Shown: positions 34,277 through 46,412, counted from the first letter of the stretch. The stretch is DNA of 64,000 bases from Dehalococcoidia bacterium (GCA_965262485.1 OZ253540.1:532711-596710), one strand, 5' to 3'. The notes: a model not told the origin generated them from the letters alone. Numbers and translations are program-made.

Positions 34277-34435
34277 GTCACGGCTACACGCTTTGTCAAA
34301 CCAAACCGGCCTGCTGTCATTGCGAGGAGCGCAGCGACGTGGCAATCCCGTTGCCTGTGCCTACCGTCATTGCGCTACCTCATCGAGATTGCCACGCTGC
34401 GCTCGCAATGACAGATTAAAGTGGGTACGCGTGAG
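34277..34435 (+). mobile_element. family-B-like repeat element (shorter, degenerate left end)
   Basis: ..CACGGCTACACGCTTTGTCAAACCAAACCGGCCTGCTGTCATTGCGAGGAGCGCAGCGACGTGGCAATC...CGAGATTGCCACGCTGCGCTCGCAATGACAGATTAAAGTGGGTACGCGTGAG. It is collinear with 63235-63437. Confidence 0.7.
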
Positions 34436-34565
34436 GCTGGACACATGGCGAACAGCGTATTTCGCGCTACACATTACTTACCCGAGGACATCCGCCAACT
34501 GAGCTGAACCACCACCTGGCAAGAACTCGCGTTCAGAAAACGCACCCGTAAGGAATCAACCCTCA

Positions 34566-35444
34566 ATGCCCAATCACCCCCAGGCAGAAATAGCAATCAT
34601 CGGCGGCAGCGGTCTCTATGAGATCCAGGGGTTTAATGAATCCGCCGTCGTTGACATCGACACGCCGTACGGTAAGCCCAGCGACTTCATAACCGTGGGT
34701 GAGTTGCTGGACGTGCCGGTAGCATTCCTGCCGCGCCACGGAAGAGGCCATCGAGTGAGTCCAACCGAGCTACCGTTCAGGGCCAATATCTATGCGTTGA
34801 AAATGCTGGGCGTAAAACAGATAGTGTCAGTGAGCGCGGTTGGCAGCCTCCAGGCGAGGTTTCAACCGCAACACCTGGTGGTGCCCGATCAACTCATCGA
34901 TCGTACCCGTTTTCGCGACAGCACTTTTTTCGAGGGCGGCGTGGTGGCTCACATTACGTTTGCAGATCCTTTCTGTCCGGCCGTGAGCAACGCCATCGCG
35001 GTGGGTGGGGATGGGCAGGGCATTCCTACGCATCAGGGTGCGACGCTGGTGGTGATGGAAGGCCCGGCGTTTTCAACCAAGGCCGAATCCGAAATGTACC
35101 GGGCCTGGGGCGGCGACTTGATCGGAATGACCGCGTTACCAGAAGCCAAGCTGGCCCGCGAAGCAGAAATGTGCTACGGAACCATGGCCTGGGTAACCGA
35201 CTATGACTGCTGGCATCCCGACCACGACGCGGTGACGGTGGACATGGTAGTGGAAAACCTGATTGCCAACATCGCCAACAGCCGGATTATTCTCCGCCAC
35301 ATCGTGCCGGCCCTGGCGCAACTCGGCCCGTGCGAGTGCCAAACTGCATTGGCCAACGCCATCATTACTGACAAAAACCATATCTCCGACGAGGCACGCC
35401 GGCGCCTGGAACCCATCGCCGGCAAGTATCTGAACCTGCGTTAA
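34566..35444 (+). CDS. mtnP: S-methyl-5'-thioadenosine phosphorylase
   Basis: IAIIGGSGLY...TPYGKPSD...FLPRHGRGHRVSPTELPFRANIYALKMLGV is typical of MTAP. Confidence 0.9.
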   Translation: MPNHPQAEIAIIGGSGLYEIQGFNESAVVDIDTPYGKPSDFITVGELLDVPVAFLPRHGRGHRVSPTELPFRANIYALKMLGVKQIVSVSAVGSLQARFQPQHLVVPDQLIDRTRFRDSTFFEGGVVAHITFADPFCPAVSNAIAVGGDGQGIPTHQGATLVVMEGPAFSTKAESEMYRAWGGDLIGMTALPEAKLAREAEMCYGTMAWVTDYDCWHPDHDAVTVDMVVENLIANIANSRIILRHIVPALAQLGPCECQTALANAIITDKNHISDEARRRLEPIAGKYLNLR

Positions 35445-35501
35445 CCACAACACATCGCAACTTGCGATCATCACTCGCGAATCACTAAGGAGGCAATCAA
35501 C

Positions 35502-35861
35502 ATGCCACGACAGATGCCCGGGGAACCCTACTCTCGGGTGGATTCCGTAGAGGCGCGCCAAATGGTTGAAACAAACCCCGAGGGCATAGTTGTCATAGAC
35601 GTGCGGCGGGACGACGAGTGGGTTACGGGACACGCCACCGGCGCCGTCCACATCCCGGTGGACGATCTGCCCGGCAGGATGGACGAGGTTCCCGAAGACA
35701 AGGCCATTTTGTTCATCTGCGCGGCTGGGGTGCGCAGCGGCCTGGCCTGTGAACTGGCGGCCGCAATGGGCTACGACTCCGAAATGCTCTACAACATTGA
35801 AGATGGCACGCCATCGTGGATCGCAGCCGGCAATCCCACGTCGTACGGCAACGAACCCTAA
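35502..35861 (+). CDS. rhodanese-like domain protein
   Basis: VIDVRRDDEWVTGHATGAVHIP and the active-site loop FICAAGVRS. AAGGAGG RBS. Confidence 0.85.
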   Translation: MPRQMPGEPYSRVDSVEARQMVETNPEGIVVIDVRRDDEWVTGHATGAVHIPVDDLPGRMDEVPEDKAILFICAAGVRSGLACELAAAMGYDSEMLYNIEDGTPSWIAAGNPTSYGNEP

Positions 35862-35887
35862 ACCCATTAATTCCACAACCCGATTGA

Positions 35888-37189
<1,302 letters not shown>

Positions 37190-37241
37190 CCGCCGCACAT
37201 ATCTCAGTTGACCAAAGATTGGATCAGGGAGGAAATGACCT

Positions 37242-38483
37242 ATGCCAATACAGTTTATGACTTCGCCCAAATACCTGCTCACCTCTGAGTCGGTAACTGA
37301 AGGGCACCCGGATAAGCTCTGCGACCAGATTTCGGACGCTGTACTGGACGCTGCCCTTGCTGGCGACGCGGGAAGCCGGGTTGCCTGCGAAACGGTTGCC
37401 ACCAAGAACCTGGTGATGGTTACCGGTGAAATTACCACCGCGTCAGATCTGGACTTCAATGCTATTGCCCGCCGGGTGATGTTGGAAATCGGGTATACCG
37501 ACGTTAAATACGGGATAGACGGTAATTCTTGTGGCGTAGTGGCCCACGTGAGTCAGCAATCTCCAGACATCAGTAGCGGAGTAACCACTTCGCTGGAGCA
37601 CCGGGGAGACGGCGCTGCCGATGCTCGTCGGGCCACCGGCGCTGGCGACCAGGGCATGATGGTAGGATTCGCCTGCAACGAGACTGACGGCCTGATGCCT
37701 TTGACGGTTGACCTATCCCATCGCCTGGTGGAACGGCTGGCGGCGGTCCGCAAGAACGGCACGCTCCCTTACCTGGGCCCGGACGGAAAATCGCAGGTAA
37801 CGGTGGAATATCGTTTCGGTAAGCCTCACCGGGTGGATGCTGTTGTGATCAGCACACACCACGAAGACCAGCCGGACCGAGCGGCCTTTCAGGAAAAGAT
37901 TCGCCGTGACATTATCGAGAACGTAATCATACCCGTGGTGCCGGCTCATCTGCTGGACGACGAGACCAAGTATTACGTCAACCCCAGTGGATGGTTCGTC
38001 GTCGGTGGTCCGCAGGGAGACACCGGCCTGACCGGACGCAAGATTCTGGTGGATACTTACGGCGGAATCGCGCGCCACGGTGGTGGTGCGTTTTCGGGTA
38101 AGGACCCCACCAAAGTCGACCGTTCGGGCGCCTACGCGGCTCGATACGTAGCCAAGAATCTGGTTGCCGCCGGTCTCGCCGACCGGGTGGAAGTTATCGT
38201 GTCCTACGCCATCGGCGTGGCCGAGCCGATTTCCGTGTCGGTGGAAACGTTTGATACTAACCACCTGCCCAACGAGCGCATCGAGCAACTGGTAACGGAA
38301 CATTTCGACCTGCGTCCCGGCGCCATTATCGAAGACCTGAACCTGCGCCGCCCCATGTATCGCCAGACTGCTGCCTACGGACACTTTGGTCGCAGCGACC
38401 TGGACTTGCCCTGGGAACAGATCGACAAAGCCGAGGCCCTCAAACAGGCTGCCGGAGCATTCGCCGCCATCACAGGCGATTAG
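37242..38483 (+). CDS. metK: S-adenosylmethionine synthase
   Basis: [26 protein letters not shown]...GAGDQGMM...[25 protein letters not shown]. Confidence 0.95.
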   Translation: MPIQFMTSPKYLLTSESVTEGHPDKLCDQISDAVLDAALAGDAGSRVACETVATKNLVMVTGEITTASDLDFNAIARRVMLEIGYTDVKYGIDGNSCGVVAHVSQQSPDISSGVTTSLEHRGDGAADARRATGAGDQGMMVGFACNETDGLMPLTVDLSHRLVERLAAVRKNGTLPYLGPDGKSQVTVEYRFGKPHRVDAVVISTHHEDQPDRAAFQEKIRRDIIENVIIPVVPAHLLDDETKYYVNPSGWFVVGGPQGDTGLTGRKILVDTYGGIARHGGGAFSGKDPTKVDRSGAYAARYVAKNLVAAGLADRVEVIVSYAIGVAEPISVSVETFDTNHLPNERIEQLVTEHFDLRPGAIIEDLNLRRPMYRQTAAYGHFGRSDLDLPWEQIDKAEALKQAAGAFAAITGD

Positions 38484-38520
38484 CGCGCCCAGGAGCGCGA
38501 ATCCGCGGCAATCTCTCAAT

Positions 38521-38549
38521 CCCTCTCCAACAGGAGGGGGATTTTCTTT
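38521..38549 (+). terminator. intrinsic terminator of metK
   Basis: 8-bp stem CCCTCTCC/GGAGGGGG with loop AACA, followed by ATTTTCTTT. Confidence 0.65.
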
Positions 38550-38572
38550 GGGTTGAGAAAACTGAAAAACTT

Positions 38573-38663
38573 GTCATTGCGAGCGGAGCGCGGCAATCTC
38601 GTCGCTGAAACCGTCGCCGTTGCTGCAACGGGATTGCCACGTCGCTACGCTCCTCGCAATGAC
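38573..38663. repeat. 91-bp hairpin element made of two inverted GTCATTGCGAG..GGCAATC arms
   Basis: GTCATTGCGAGCGGAGCGCGGCAATCTCG...GGGATTGCCACGTCGCTACGCTCCTCGCAATGAC. The same arm type occurs at 15137-15243, 34313-34412 and 63266-63330. Confidence 0.85.
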
Positions 38664-38729
38664 AGAAGGCAGGGACTGGAGTTTCGGGATTTTCTTTGGG
38701 TCGCCAACCTGCGGTGATAGAATTAGCCC

Positions 38730-40142
38730 ATGGCTGATAGCATTAAGTTTGGGACTGACGGTTGGCGGGGAATCATTGCCGACGATTTTACCTTCGCCAA
38801 TGTCGCCCGATGCGCTCAGGGTCTTACCGATTACCTGCGGATTCAGAACACGGCGGGCGCCGGGTTGGTTATCGGATACGATACACGATTCGCGTCCCGG
38901 GAGTTCGCTGAGACTGTTGCATCGGTGATGGCCGGAAACGGCATATCCGTCTATTTGTGCCAGAACCCGGTGCCGACTCCGGTAGTTAGCCACCAGGTGG
39001 TTTACCGGCAAGCCGCCGGCGGCGTGGTGATCACGGCCAGCCACAATCCGGGAAACTGGAACGGTTTCAAGTTCAAGTCCGAGCAGGGGGGCAGCGCCAG
39101 CCAGGAAGTTACCGACATCCTGGAACTGTGCATCGACTCGGCGGGTTCGCCGAAAGCGCTTACCATGTCTCAGGCACGGGCAGGTGGTCTGGTGGTTGAC
39201 GTGGACCCGACGCCGGCGTACCGGGACTCGGTCGCCGGATTGATCAACCTGGAGGCCATTCGGTCCGCCGGCCTGCACATCATGGCAGATTCCATGCACG
39301 GAGCCGGAGCGGGTTACTTTGCAAGTCTGTTGCAGGGGGGGGCCAGCCGCGTCACCGAATTGAGGCCCGAGCGGAACCCGGCGTTTCCAGGCATGGCGCA
39401 ACCTGAACCGATTGGTCACAACCTGATTGATCTGTGCAGCCGGGTGCCTGCCGAGGGTGCGTCGGTGGGTTTGGCGCTGGACGGGGATGCCGACCGGATT
39501 GGTTTGGTGGATGAACACGGGCGGTTTGTCAGTACGCTGGAGGTGTTTTCGCTGCTGGCGTTGTACTTGCTGGAACGCGGAGAGCGGGGCGGGTTGATAA
39601 AAGGGGTAACCGCGTCCGTGATGTTGAACAAGCTTGCCGACAACTACTGCGTCCCGATAGTTGAGCTACCGGTGGGTTTCAAAAACATCGGGCCACGGTT
39701 CCTCGCCGACAACGCTTTGCTGGGTGGCGAGGAAAGTGGCGGCTACGCATTCAGAGGCCATATTCCGGAGCGAGACGGTATCCTCAGCGGCTTATTCTTG
39801 TTGGAATACATGGCCACCGCCGGGCTTTCGGCGTCGGGGATGGTGGAGCGATTGTTCGACTTGGTCGGCGAACACCACTATTTCAGGCGAGATATTGGCT
39901 TCGACGCTGCACAACGAGGGGATATCGCTGAGCGGCTGAGCGATGCGACATTGACTCAGTTGGCGGGGATGCCCATCCGTGAAGTTGACGACATTGACGG
40001 CCGGCGGTGGATGCTTGACGTGGGATGGGTGGCGGCCCGTTTTTCGGGCACCGAACCCCTACTGCGGATTTATTGCGAGGCAACTACACCTGATAACGTT
40101 AAGCGATTGCTGGACGCTATGCAGGCTCACCTCGGCGTTTAG
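38730..40142 (+). CDS. phosphoglucomutase/phosphomannomutase family protein
   Basis: FGTDGWRG, active site TASHNPGNWNGFK, metal loop DGDADR, sugar loop GGEESGG. Confidence 0.9.
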   Translation: MADSIKFGTDGWRGIIADDFTFANVARCAQGLTDYLRIQNTAGAGLVIGYDTRFASREFAETVASVMAGNGISVYLCQNPVPTPVVSHQVVYRQAAGGVVITASHNPGNWNGFKFKSEQGGSASQEVTDILELCIDSAGSPKALTMSQARAGGLVVDVDPTPAYRDSVAGLINLEAIRSAGLHIMADSMHGAGAGYFASLLQGGASRVTELRPERNPAFPGMAQPEPIGHNLIDLCSRVPAEGASVGLALDGDADRIGLVDEHGRFVSTLEVFSLLALYLLERGERGGLIKGVTASVMLNKLADNYCVPIVELPVGFKNIGPRFLADNALLGGEESGGYAFRGHIPERDGILSGLFLLEYMATAGLSASGMVERLFDLVGEHHYFRRDIGFDAAQRGDIAERLSDATLTQLAGMPIREVDDIDGRRWMLDVGWVAARFSGTEPLLRIYCEATTPDNVKRLLDAMQAHLGV

Positions 40143-40154
40143 GAGGGCAGGACG

Positions 40155-40490
40155 ATGGAATCAGCGACGCCGCTACGGCGGTTGATGGCGTATTTACTCG
40201 ATGCGGCGCTGTTCTTTCTAACTCTAATCGTTGGTTATATCATCTGGTGGCTGATTGTTCTGAGGCGGGGCCAAACGCCCGGTAAGCAGCTGCTGGGGAT
40301 CCGCGCGATGCATCGAACCGGCGAACCGGCTGGCTGGTTGATAACATTTGCGAGAGAAGTCGTGAAGAGCGTGGCCCACGCATTCGGCCCAATCGGGTTT
40401 TTAGCCGATGCAATACTCCTTGTGATAGATGCGGCGGAGCACCGGTCGTTAGCGGACAGAGTGGCCGATACGGTGGTAGTGCGTAATTGA
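40155..40490 (+). CDS. RDD-family membrane protein
   Basis: 111 aa with RRLMAYLLDAALFF...GQTPGKQLLGIR...LADRVADTVVV. AGGAGGG RBS. Confidence 0.8.
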   Translation: MESATPLRRLMAYLLDAALFFLTLIVGYIIWWLIVLRRGQTPGKQLLGIRAMHRTGEPAGWLITFAREVVKSVAHAFGPIGFLADAILLVIDAAEHRSLADRVADTVVVRN

Positions 40491-40608
40491 TACTCCAAAA
40501 TCCGGGCAATGCAATCCATCACGTAACGACGGGCGTAAGATAGTTTGCCCAGGCAAGTGTTGATGCCGAATTCGTGGACAGGATACTCGGGAGCAATAGA
40601 GGCCGCCT

Positions 40609-41598
40609 ATGACAACGCCCGCAAATATCCCCAGCTCTGAAGCCCCTCACGCGGGGTTTTGGGAGCGCATACCGATTAACCGCAGCGTGATGATCGCGAT
40701 CGGCGTTGCCGTCATCGCTTACGCGATTGCCATAGTCGGAGCGTTGGTGTTGCGCAACGCATCCGGTATTGATGGCGTCAACCGCTTCGTTGAATCTTTA
40801 TCGGGATCCGCTGGCACCGGCATCCGTGGTTTGGGCCTTAAGTTGGGATTTGCCTACGCTGCGGGAGCGGTATCCGCCGTGAACCCCTGTGGTTTCGCCA
40901 TGTTGCCCGCCTATCTGGGTCTGTACGTCAGCGGACGGGACCAGGAACACAACCGCCGCTTCCAATTCTCCACGGTGGCCGGATCGGTCAAGGCCGGTTT
41001 ACTGGTAACCCAGTCCGTGTCGTTTTCGTTGCTGATAGCGCGGGCGATCATGATTGGCCTGTCGGTATCGGTGGGTTTCGTACTGCTCTTTGGAGTGGCC
41101 GGTATCATCTTGGGATTTGGTTCCAAGGCGATCGTAATATCGGCATTGCCATACGTTGGCCTGGCGGTTGGTGTGCTGCTGGTGGGTGCCGGAGCATTCA
41201 TGGCGGCCGGTGGCAAAATCTATACGAGCCTGGCACAGCGCGCGGCCTCCCGGGTTGGCAATCCGAGCCAATTGAATGTGGGCGGATACGTGCTGTTTGG
41301 GGTGAGCTACGGATTAGCCTCGCTGAGTTGTACCCTGCCGGTATTCCTGGCCGTGTTGGGAGTCGGAGCGGGATTATCATCGGGTTGGGTGGATACTATC
41401 AGCCAATTTGTACTCTACGCAGTGGGAATGGGCAGCGTGATCCTGGCGCTGACCCTGGGAATGGCGGTGGCCCGCACGGTGCTGGTGCGTTGGCTGCGAA
41501 AGGTGTTGCCCTACGTGGGAATCGTGGGAGCCTGGCTGATGGTGGTTGCCGGCACTTACATCGTGTTCTACTGGCTGACCTTGGGCGACCTGTTGTGA
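40609..41598 (+). CDS. cytochrome c biogenesis CcdA/DsbD-like transmembrane protein
   Basis: Polytopic membrane protein with the AVNPCGFAMLPAYLG (CcdA-type Cys) motif and a second Cys in LASLSCTLP. Confidence 0.7.
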   Translation: MTTPANIPSSEAPHAGFWERIPINRSVMIAIGVAVIAYAIAIVGALVLRNASGIDGVNRFVESLSGSAGTGIRGLGLKLGFAYAAGAVSAVNPCGFAMLPAYLGLYVSGRDQEHNRRFQFSTVAGSVKAGLLVTQSVSFSLLIARAIMIGLSVSVGFVLLFGVAGIILGFGSKAIVISALPYVGLAVGVLLVGAGAFMAAGGKIYTSLAQRAASRVGNPSQLNVGGYVLFGVSYGLASLSCTLPVFLAVLGVGAGLSSGWVDTISQFVLYAVGMGSVILALTLGMAVARTVLVRWLRKVLPYVGIVGAWLMVVAGTYIVFYWLTLGDLL

Positions 41599-41605
41599 AG
41601 CAACA

Positions 41606-41637
41606 GCAAACCCCTCGCTGAAAAGCGAGGGGTTTGC
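41606..41637. terminator. bidirectional intrinsic terminator (end of the ribosomal super-operon and of the ccdA-like gene)
   Basis: Perfect 13-bp stem GCAAACCCCTCGC/GCGAGGGGTTTGC with loop TGAAAA. Confidence 0.7.
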
Positions 41638-41663
41638 ATCACGAGTCTTGCGCCGGAATGGTG

Positions 41664-42077
41664 TTAGCGCTTGGTGTATTGTGGTGCGCGTCGGGCGCGT
41701 TTCAGACCGTACTTTTTGCTTTCCTTGACCCGGGAATCGCGGGTGATGAACCCGGCTCTGCGAAGGTTCCCCTTGAGTTCGGAGTCGAAGATGACCAGGG
41801 CACGGGTGATGCCATGGCGGATAGCCTCGGCCTGAGCGTTTACGCCGCCGCCGGAGACCTGGGCCATGACGCGGAAGCGGCCTACCGTTTCGGAGACTAC
41901 GAATGGCTCCTTCACCTTGGACTGCCAGGGGAGCCAGTTGAAATATTCTTCCATGGGTTTGCCGTTAACGATGATAGCCGTACCGTCATCGGGATAGAGA
42001 CGCACCTTGGCGATGGCCGATTTACGCTTGCCAGTCCCGTAGAAGTATTGCTGTTGGGGTTCTGCTGATACCACCAT
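41664..42077 (-). CDS. rpsI: 30S ribosomal protein S9
   Basis: YFYGTGKRKSAIAKVRL...KKYGLKRARRAPQYTKR. Confidence 0.95.
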   Translation of the reverse strand: MVVSAEPQQQYFYGTGKRKSAIAKVRLYPDDGTAIIVNGKPMEEYFNWLPWQSKVKEPFVVSETVGRFRVMAQVSGGGVNAQAEAIRHGITRALVIFDSELKGNLRRAGFITRDSRVKESKKYGLKRARRAPQYTKR

Positions 42078-42137
42078 TTATTACCTGCCTGGGTTATTAC
42101 TTGCCTGGGGTTCAAGTGTGGTTGATCGATGTAAAGA

Positions 42138-42569
42138 TTAGGTTTTTGTGCCTACCTGGGCTTCGTGGGGATGCTGATCTCCGGCGTACACGCGCAACCG
42201 GCGAAGCAGATGGCGCCCTTGTTTAGTGGAAGGAAGCATGCCTTTTACGGCGAGGCGAACGACGCGATCCGGGTGCTCTTCCATCATGTCGCGCAACATG
42301 AATGTCTTAAGATTGCCCACGTAACCACTGTGCCGGTAGTACATCTTCTGCGTGAGTTTACGTCCGGTGACCCGCAGCTTATCGGCGTTGATGACAACCA
42401 CATGGTCGCCGCTGATGACATGGGGAGTGTACGTTGGCCGGTCCTTGCCCAACAGTGCGATGGCAACCTGTCGAGCGAGCCGACCCAGGCTGATCCCGGT
42501 AGCGTCGATGACGCGCCAGTTGTCGGGCAGCTCACCGGTCTTGGCGAAATATGTGCTAGTGCGTTTCAT
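42138..42569 (-). CDS. rplM: 50S ribosomal protein L13
   Basis: WRVIDATGISLGRLARQVAIALLGKDRPTYTPH. Confidence 0.95.
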   Translation of the reverse strand: MKRTSTYFAKTGELPDNWRVIDATGISLGRLARQVAIALLGKDRPTYTPHVISGDHVVVINADKLRVTGRKLTQKMYYRHSGYVGNLKTFMLRDMMEEHPDRVVRLAVKGMLPSTKQGRHLLRRLRVYAGDQHPHEAQVGTKT

Positions 42570-43410
42570 GGTGGCTAGTTACCTTCAACATATGATCGTA
42601 TTCGGGGTAGTGAACGGACATGAGACAAAGTCCGTGAGCGGGAAGGGTGGGAATTTGTCGGTTGGAACTGAAACGTCCGGCCAGTGCGTCGGCCATGGCA
42701 TGAATCGGCTGGCGTCCCTTGCCAATCTCTACCAGCACCGCATTGATTCTTCTGATTTGGTGCCTCAAGAATCCGTTAGCTTCGCAATCGATATAGACTC
42801 CGTCCGGATCGGCTGTATCGGCGTTCAACTCCCACTTGTAAACCCATCGCACTGCGCTCCGGTCTTTCGGATGTCCGGTGGCAATCCGGCGAAAGTCGCG
42901 TATGCCGAGGAGGCTCGCGCAAGCCAGCCTGATCGCCCGTGTGTCTAATGGTTCGCGTACCCAATGGTGCGTTCGTCGCAGTAATGGTGATTTCGTTGGC
43001 CGGTTGGAGATACTGTAGCGATACCGGCGGCGAGCGGCGCTTCGGCGGGCGTTGAACTCGTTGGGGACGTGGGCGACTTTTTGGATTCTGACAGCAGACG
43101 GCAAGTAGTGGTTCAAAGCCGATTGGAATACCGGGGGATCATAATTGCTTGCGGTATCGAAGTGTACTACCTGCCCCCGAGAATGGGCTCCTGCGTCGGT
43201 GCGGCTGGCGCCTCCAACGCGTACGGCTTCTCCAGTCAGCTTTCCGATGGCCTTTTCCAACTCGCTCTGGATAGTGGGCGCACCGGATTGCCACTGAAAG
43301 CCGGCATAATCGGTACCGTCGTACTCCACCACCAAAGCGATCCGGCGGCGATTGCCATTTTGGGCGCTAGCGGATGTCAAGGCGTTAATCTGGTTATGGC
43401 AATTCCTCAC
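42556..43410 (-). CDS. truA: tRNA pseudouridine(38-40) synthase
   Basis: RRIALVVEYDGTDYAGFQWQ...ASRTDAGAHSRGQVVHF. The exact start is uncertain. Confidence 0.9.
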   Translation of the reverse strand: MRNCHNQINALTSASAQNGNRRRIALVVEYDGTDYAGFQWQSGAPTIQSELEKAIGKLTGEAVRVGGASRTDAGAHSRGQVVHFDTASNYDPPVFQSALNHYLPSAVRIQKVAHVPNEFNARRSAARRRYRYSISNRPTKSPLLRRTHHWVREPLDTRAIRLACASLLGIRDFRRIATGHPKDRSAVRWVYKWELNADTADPDGVYIDCEANGFLRHQIRRINAVLVEIGKGRQPIHAMADALAGRFSSNRQIPTLPAHGLCLMSVHYPEYDHMLKVTSHHETH

Positions 43411-43426
43411 AAATGCTGAGCCGGTT

Positions 43427-43780
43427 TTACACCAACTCGATCACGGCCATCGAGGCGCCGTCGCCCTGGCGGGGACCAAGTTTGATGATGCGTGTATAAC
43501 CGCCCGGCCGCTCCGCGTACCTGGGGCCCAAATCGTCGAATACCTTCGCAACCGCGTCCTTGTTGGGGACTTGGCTGAGGGCGATGCGGCGGTTGTGTAG
43601 CGTACCCTTCTTTCCGTGCGTAATGAGCTTTTCAGCCATTACGCGGGTTTCCTTGGCCTTTGCCAGGGTGGTGGTAATACGCTCATGCCTGACAAGGTCG
43701 ACGGTCAAACCCCTGAGGAGGGCTTTGCGTTGGTCTTTGTACCGGCTCAGCTTTCTGCCGGTTACTCTGTGTGATGGCAT
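43427..43780 (-). CDS. rplQ: 50S ribosomal protein L17
   Basis: [36 protein letters not shown]. Confidence 0.95.
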   Translation of the reverse strand: MPSHRVTGRKLSRYKDQRKALLRGLTVDLVRHERITTTLAKAKETRVMAEKLITHGKKGTLHNRRIALSQVPNKDAVAKVFDDLGPRYAERPGGYTRIIKLGPRQGDGASMAVIELV

Positions 43781-43782
43781 TT

Positions 43783-44877
43783 TTAGGCTCCGTCGTCCTC
43801 AAAATCATAGTCGGGGTCATCGTCGCCGTCACCGGGATCGAAAACCAATGAGCCGTCAATGGGGATATCTATGGCCCCTTCGTAATCCAGTTCGGCAGCC
43901 AGGCCGGCTACCCTGGGTGCGGCGACTCCGAGTTCGTTCAATTTACCCTGGAGTTCTTCCAGTGATTTTTGACCGAAATTACGGATTCCCAGCAGGTCGT
44001 CTTCGCTTAAGTCCAGCACCTGGCCGACGCGGTGGAGTTTGGCGCGCTTGAGACAGTTGAGGGTGCGTGAGGAAAGGTCCAGTCGTTCGATGGGCATGAG
44101 GTAGACTTCGGATGCCACCGGAAGATTGGAAGTATCCAGCGGAGAATCGGGCGGCCGGCTGAGCTGGTTGAACATAAAAAAGTGGTGAACCAGATTTTCG
44201 GACGCTTCCTGGATGGCGGCCAGCGGCGTCACGGCGCCGTCAGTCCACACCTGCAGGATTAGCCGCTCCCAGTCGGTTTGCTGACCGACCATCATCCGCT
44301 CCACGGAGTATTCGACCTTGCGGACGGGGTTGTAGATGGCGTCAACGGGCAGTACGCCCACCGGCAATCCCATCATGTTATCGGCTTGGGATACCTGTTG
44401 ATAACCTTTGCCGGATTCGACGTTGAATTCGACGGACAGGGAAACGTCGGGATTGTCCAGCGTGGCCAAATGCAGTTCGGGATTGACTATCTGGTAATCG
44501 CTGGCGGTGGCGATGTCGCCGGCACAGACACGGCCTTCGCCGTTGATGTCCAGGCGCATTTTGCCGGTCCGCTTCGTAATGGCATGAATCCGGATCCGCT
44601 TGACGCTGAGCAGGAGGTCCATAACCTCTTCTTTGACGCCCGGAATTACGGAGTATTCGTGGGCGACCCCGTCAATTTTTACCCACGTGATCGCAGTGCC
44701 CTGTATGGAGCTGAGCAACAGACGACGCAGAGGGTTGCCCACAGTGATGGCAAATCCGCGCTCCAGGGGTTCCAGGGCGACGGAAGCGTAGGTGTCGGTG
44801 CTTTCCATCACCCGTATTGCCGGGGAAGGCGTTTCGGGTTCAGGTTCCCGCATTGGGGGGAATTGGGTATTTAGCAT
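43783..44877 (-). CDS. rpoA: DNA-directed RNA polymerase subunit alpha
   Basis: [26 protein letters not shown]...[22 protein letters not shown], with an acidic C-terminal tail. Confidence 0.95.
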   Translation of the reverse strand: MLNTQFPPMREPEPETPSPAIRVMESTDTYASVALEPLERGFAITVGNPLRRLLLSSIQGTAITWVKIDGVAHEYSVIPGVKEEVMDLLLSVKRIRIHAITKRTGKMRLDINGEGRVCAGDIATASDYQIVNPELHLATLDNPDVSLSVEFNVESGKGYQQVSQADNMMGLPVGVLPVDAIYNPVRKVEYSVERMMVGQQTDWERLILQVWTDGAVTPLAAIQEASENLVHHFFMFNQLSRPPDSPLDTSNLPVASEVYLMPIERLDLSSRTLNCLKRAKLHRVGQVLDLSEDDLLGIRNFGQKSLEELQGKLNELGVAAPRVAGLAAELDYEGAIDIPIDGSLVFDPGDGDDDPDYDFEDDGA

Positions 44878-44885
44878 TCAGGTGC

Positions 44886-45512
44886 TTACCTCGAGTAGTA
44901 CTCGACGATGAGGCGAGAGTTAATGGTATCGGGCAGCTCGTTATCGGCAGGCAACGAGGTGATCTGGCCGACCATGTCCGTCAGGTCCAGCGTGAGCCAG
45001 GAAGGGAGGGTCCGTTTTGGCAAACCTACAGTACGGTCGGCGAAGAATTCGCGACTCTTGGACGATTGGGTCCAGGCGATGGTTTGTCCGGGCGTAACCA
45101 GGAAAGAAGGTATGTCGGTTTTGCGCCCATTGACGGTGAAGTGTCCGTGCTGAACCATCTGGCGGGCTTGTTTGCGCGAATCGGCAAACCCCAGGAGGAA
45201 GATGATGTTGTCAAGGCGGCGCTCCAAAGTTCTAAGCAGGTTGTTGCCTGAAATTCCCGGAGCGTCGAAAGCATCTGACATGTACTTGCGGAATTGTCCT
45301 TCCATCACGCCGTACATTTGTCGGGCCTTCTGTTTTTCACGCAGATGGACGCCGTAATCAGAGACACGGCGGCGGCGAGTGCCGGCCCCTCCGGGCGGCA
45401 CATGACGGCGTTCTATCGCACACCGTGGAGAAAAGCACCGGTCGCCTTTGAGGAATAGCTTTTCCCCGGCGCGGCGGCACAGGCGGCAGGATGGTCCAGT
45501 ATATCTTCCCAT
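44886..45512 (-). CDS. rpsD: 30S ribosomal protein S4
   Basis: MGRYTGPSCRLCRRAGEKLFLKGDRC...LERRLDN. Confidence 0.95.
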   Translation of the reverse strand: MGRYTGPSCRLCRRAGEKLFLKGDRCFSPRCAIERRHVPPGGAGTRRRRVSDYGVHLREKQKARQMYGVMEGQFRKYMSDAFDAPGISGNNLLRTLERRLDNIIFLLGFADSRKQARQMVQHGHFTVNGRKTDIPSFLVTPGQTIAWTQSSKSREFFADRTVGLPKRTLPSWLTLDLTDMVGQITSLPADNELPDTINSRLIVEYYSR

Positions 45513-45554
45513 TGTCAGTCAATCCGTTGGTTGTGTACAGGCAGGATGGTGCGG

Positions 45555-45938
45555 TTATACGCGCCGGCGCTTGGGGGGCCGCACGCCGTTATGAGGGATC
45601 GGTGTTACGTCGCGGATGCTGGTTACGTTCAAACCGGCGCCTTGCAACGCGCGGATAGCGGGCTCACGGCCGGCGCCCGGGCCTTTGATGTATACGTGGA
45701 TATTCCGCATCCCCATGTCTACGCCGCGCCGCGCCGCCTGCTCTGCTGCTCTTTGAGCGGCGAAGGCGGTTCCCTTCCGAGAACCTCTGAAGCCCGCGGT
45801 TCCAGAGCTGGTAGAAGCGACCACGTTACCGTCCGGGTCGGTCAAACTGACCAGGGTGTTGTTGAACGTGGAATAGATATAGGCTCGTCCCTGAGGGATG
45901 GATCTGCGTTCGCGGCGGCGGGTTCGTGGTCTGGGCAT
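45555..45938 (-). CDS. rpsK: 30S ribosomal protein S11
   Basis: [23 protein letters not shown]...[14 protein letters not shown]. Confidence 0.95.
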   Translation of the reverse strand: MPRPRTRRRERRSIPQGRAYIYSTFNNTLVSLTDPDGNVVASTSSGTAGFRGSRKGTAFAAQRAAEQAARRGVDMGMRNIHVYIKGPGAGREPAIRALQGAGLNVTSIRDVTPIPHNGVRPPKRRRV

Positions 45939-46019
45939 TAAGTGTTACCTCTTTGGATGATTTCGATGGCACGAATCGTACGGACCGGCCCGGTCGTTAA
46001 GGCGGCGAAGCCGGGATGA

Positions 46020-46412
46020 TTACTTCTTGCCACCGGTGCGGCGACCGCGGCCAGCGACGGTGCGACGGGCGCCCTTGCGTGAGCGGGCATTGGTGCGAGT
46101 CCGTTGACCGTGCACGGGTAGATTCCTGCGATGGCGCAAGCCGCGATAGCTGCCGATGTCGATCAGACGGCGGATGTTCTCGTTGTGCTCCCGGCGCAGG
46201 TCTCCCTCGGTGATGTAATCCTGGTCGACGATTACCCGGAGGCGGTCAAGCTGATCTTCGGAAAGCTCGTTCATGCGCGGCGGCATGTCGATGTCGAGGT
46301 TGGCCTTGCCAACGATTTCGATTGCTTTGGTAGGACCGATACCGTAGATGCTCCGCAATGCGATATGCGCCCGCTTGCGGTCGGGTACGTCCACTCCGGC
46401 GATACGAACCAT
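46020..46412 (-). CDS. rpsM: 30S ribosomal protein S13
   Basis: MVRIAGVDVPDRKRAHIALRSIYGIGPTKA...YRGLRHRRNLPVHGQRTRTNAR. Confidence 0.95.
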   Translation of the reverse strand: MVRIAGVDVPDRKRAHIALRSIYGIGPTKAIEIVGKANLDIDMPPRMNELSEDQLDRLRVIVDQDYITEGDLRREHNENIRRLIDIGSYRGLRHRRNLPVHGQRTRTNARSRKGARRTVAGRGRRTGGKK

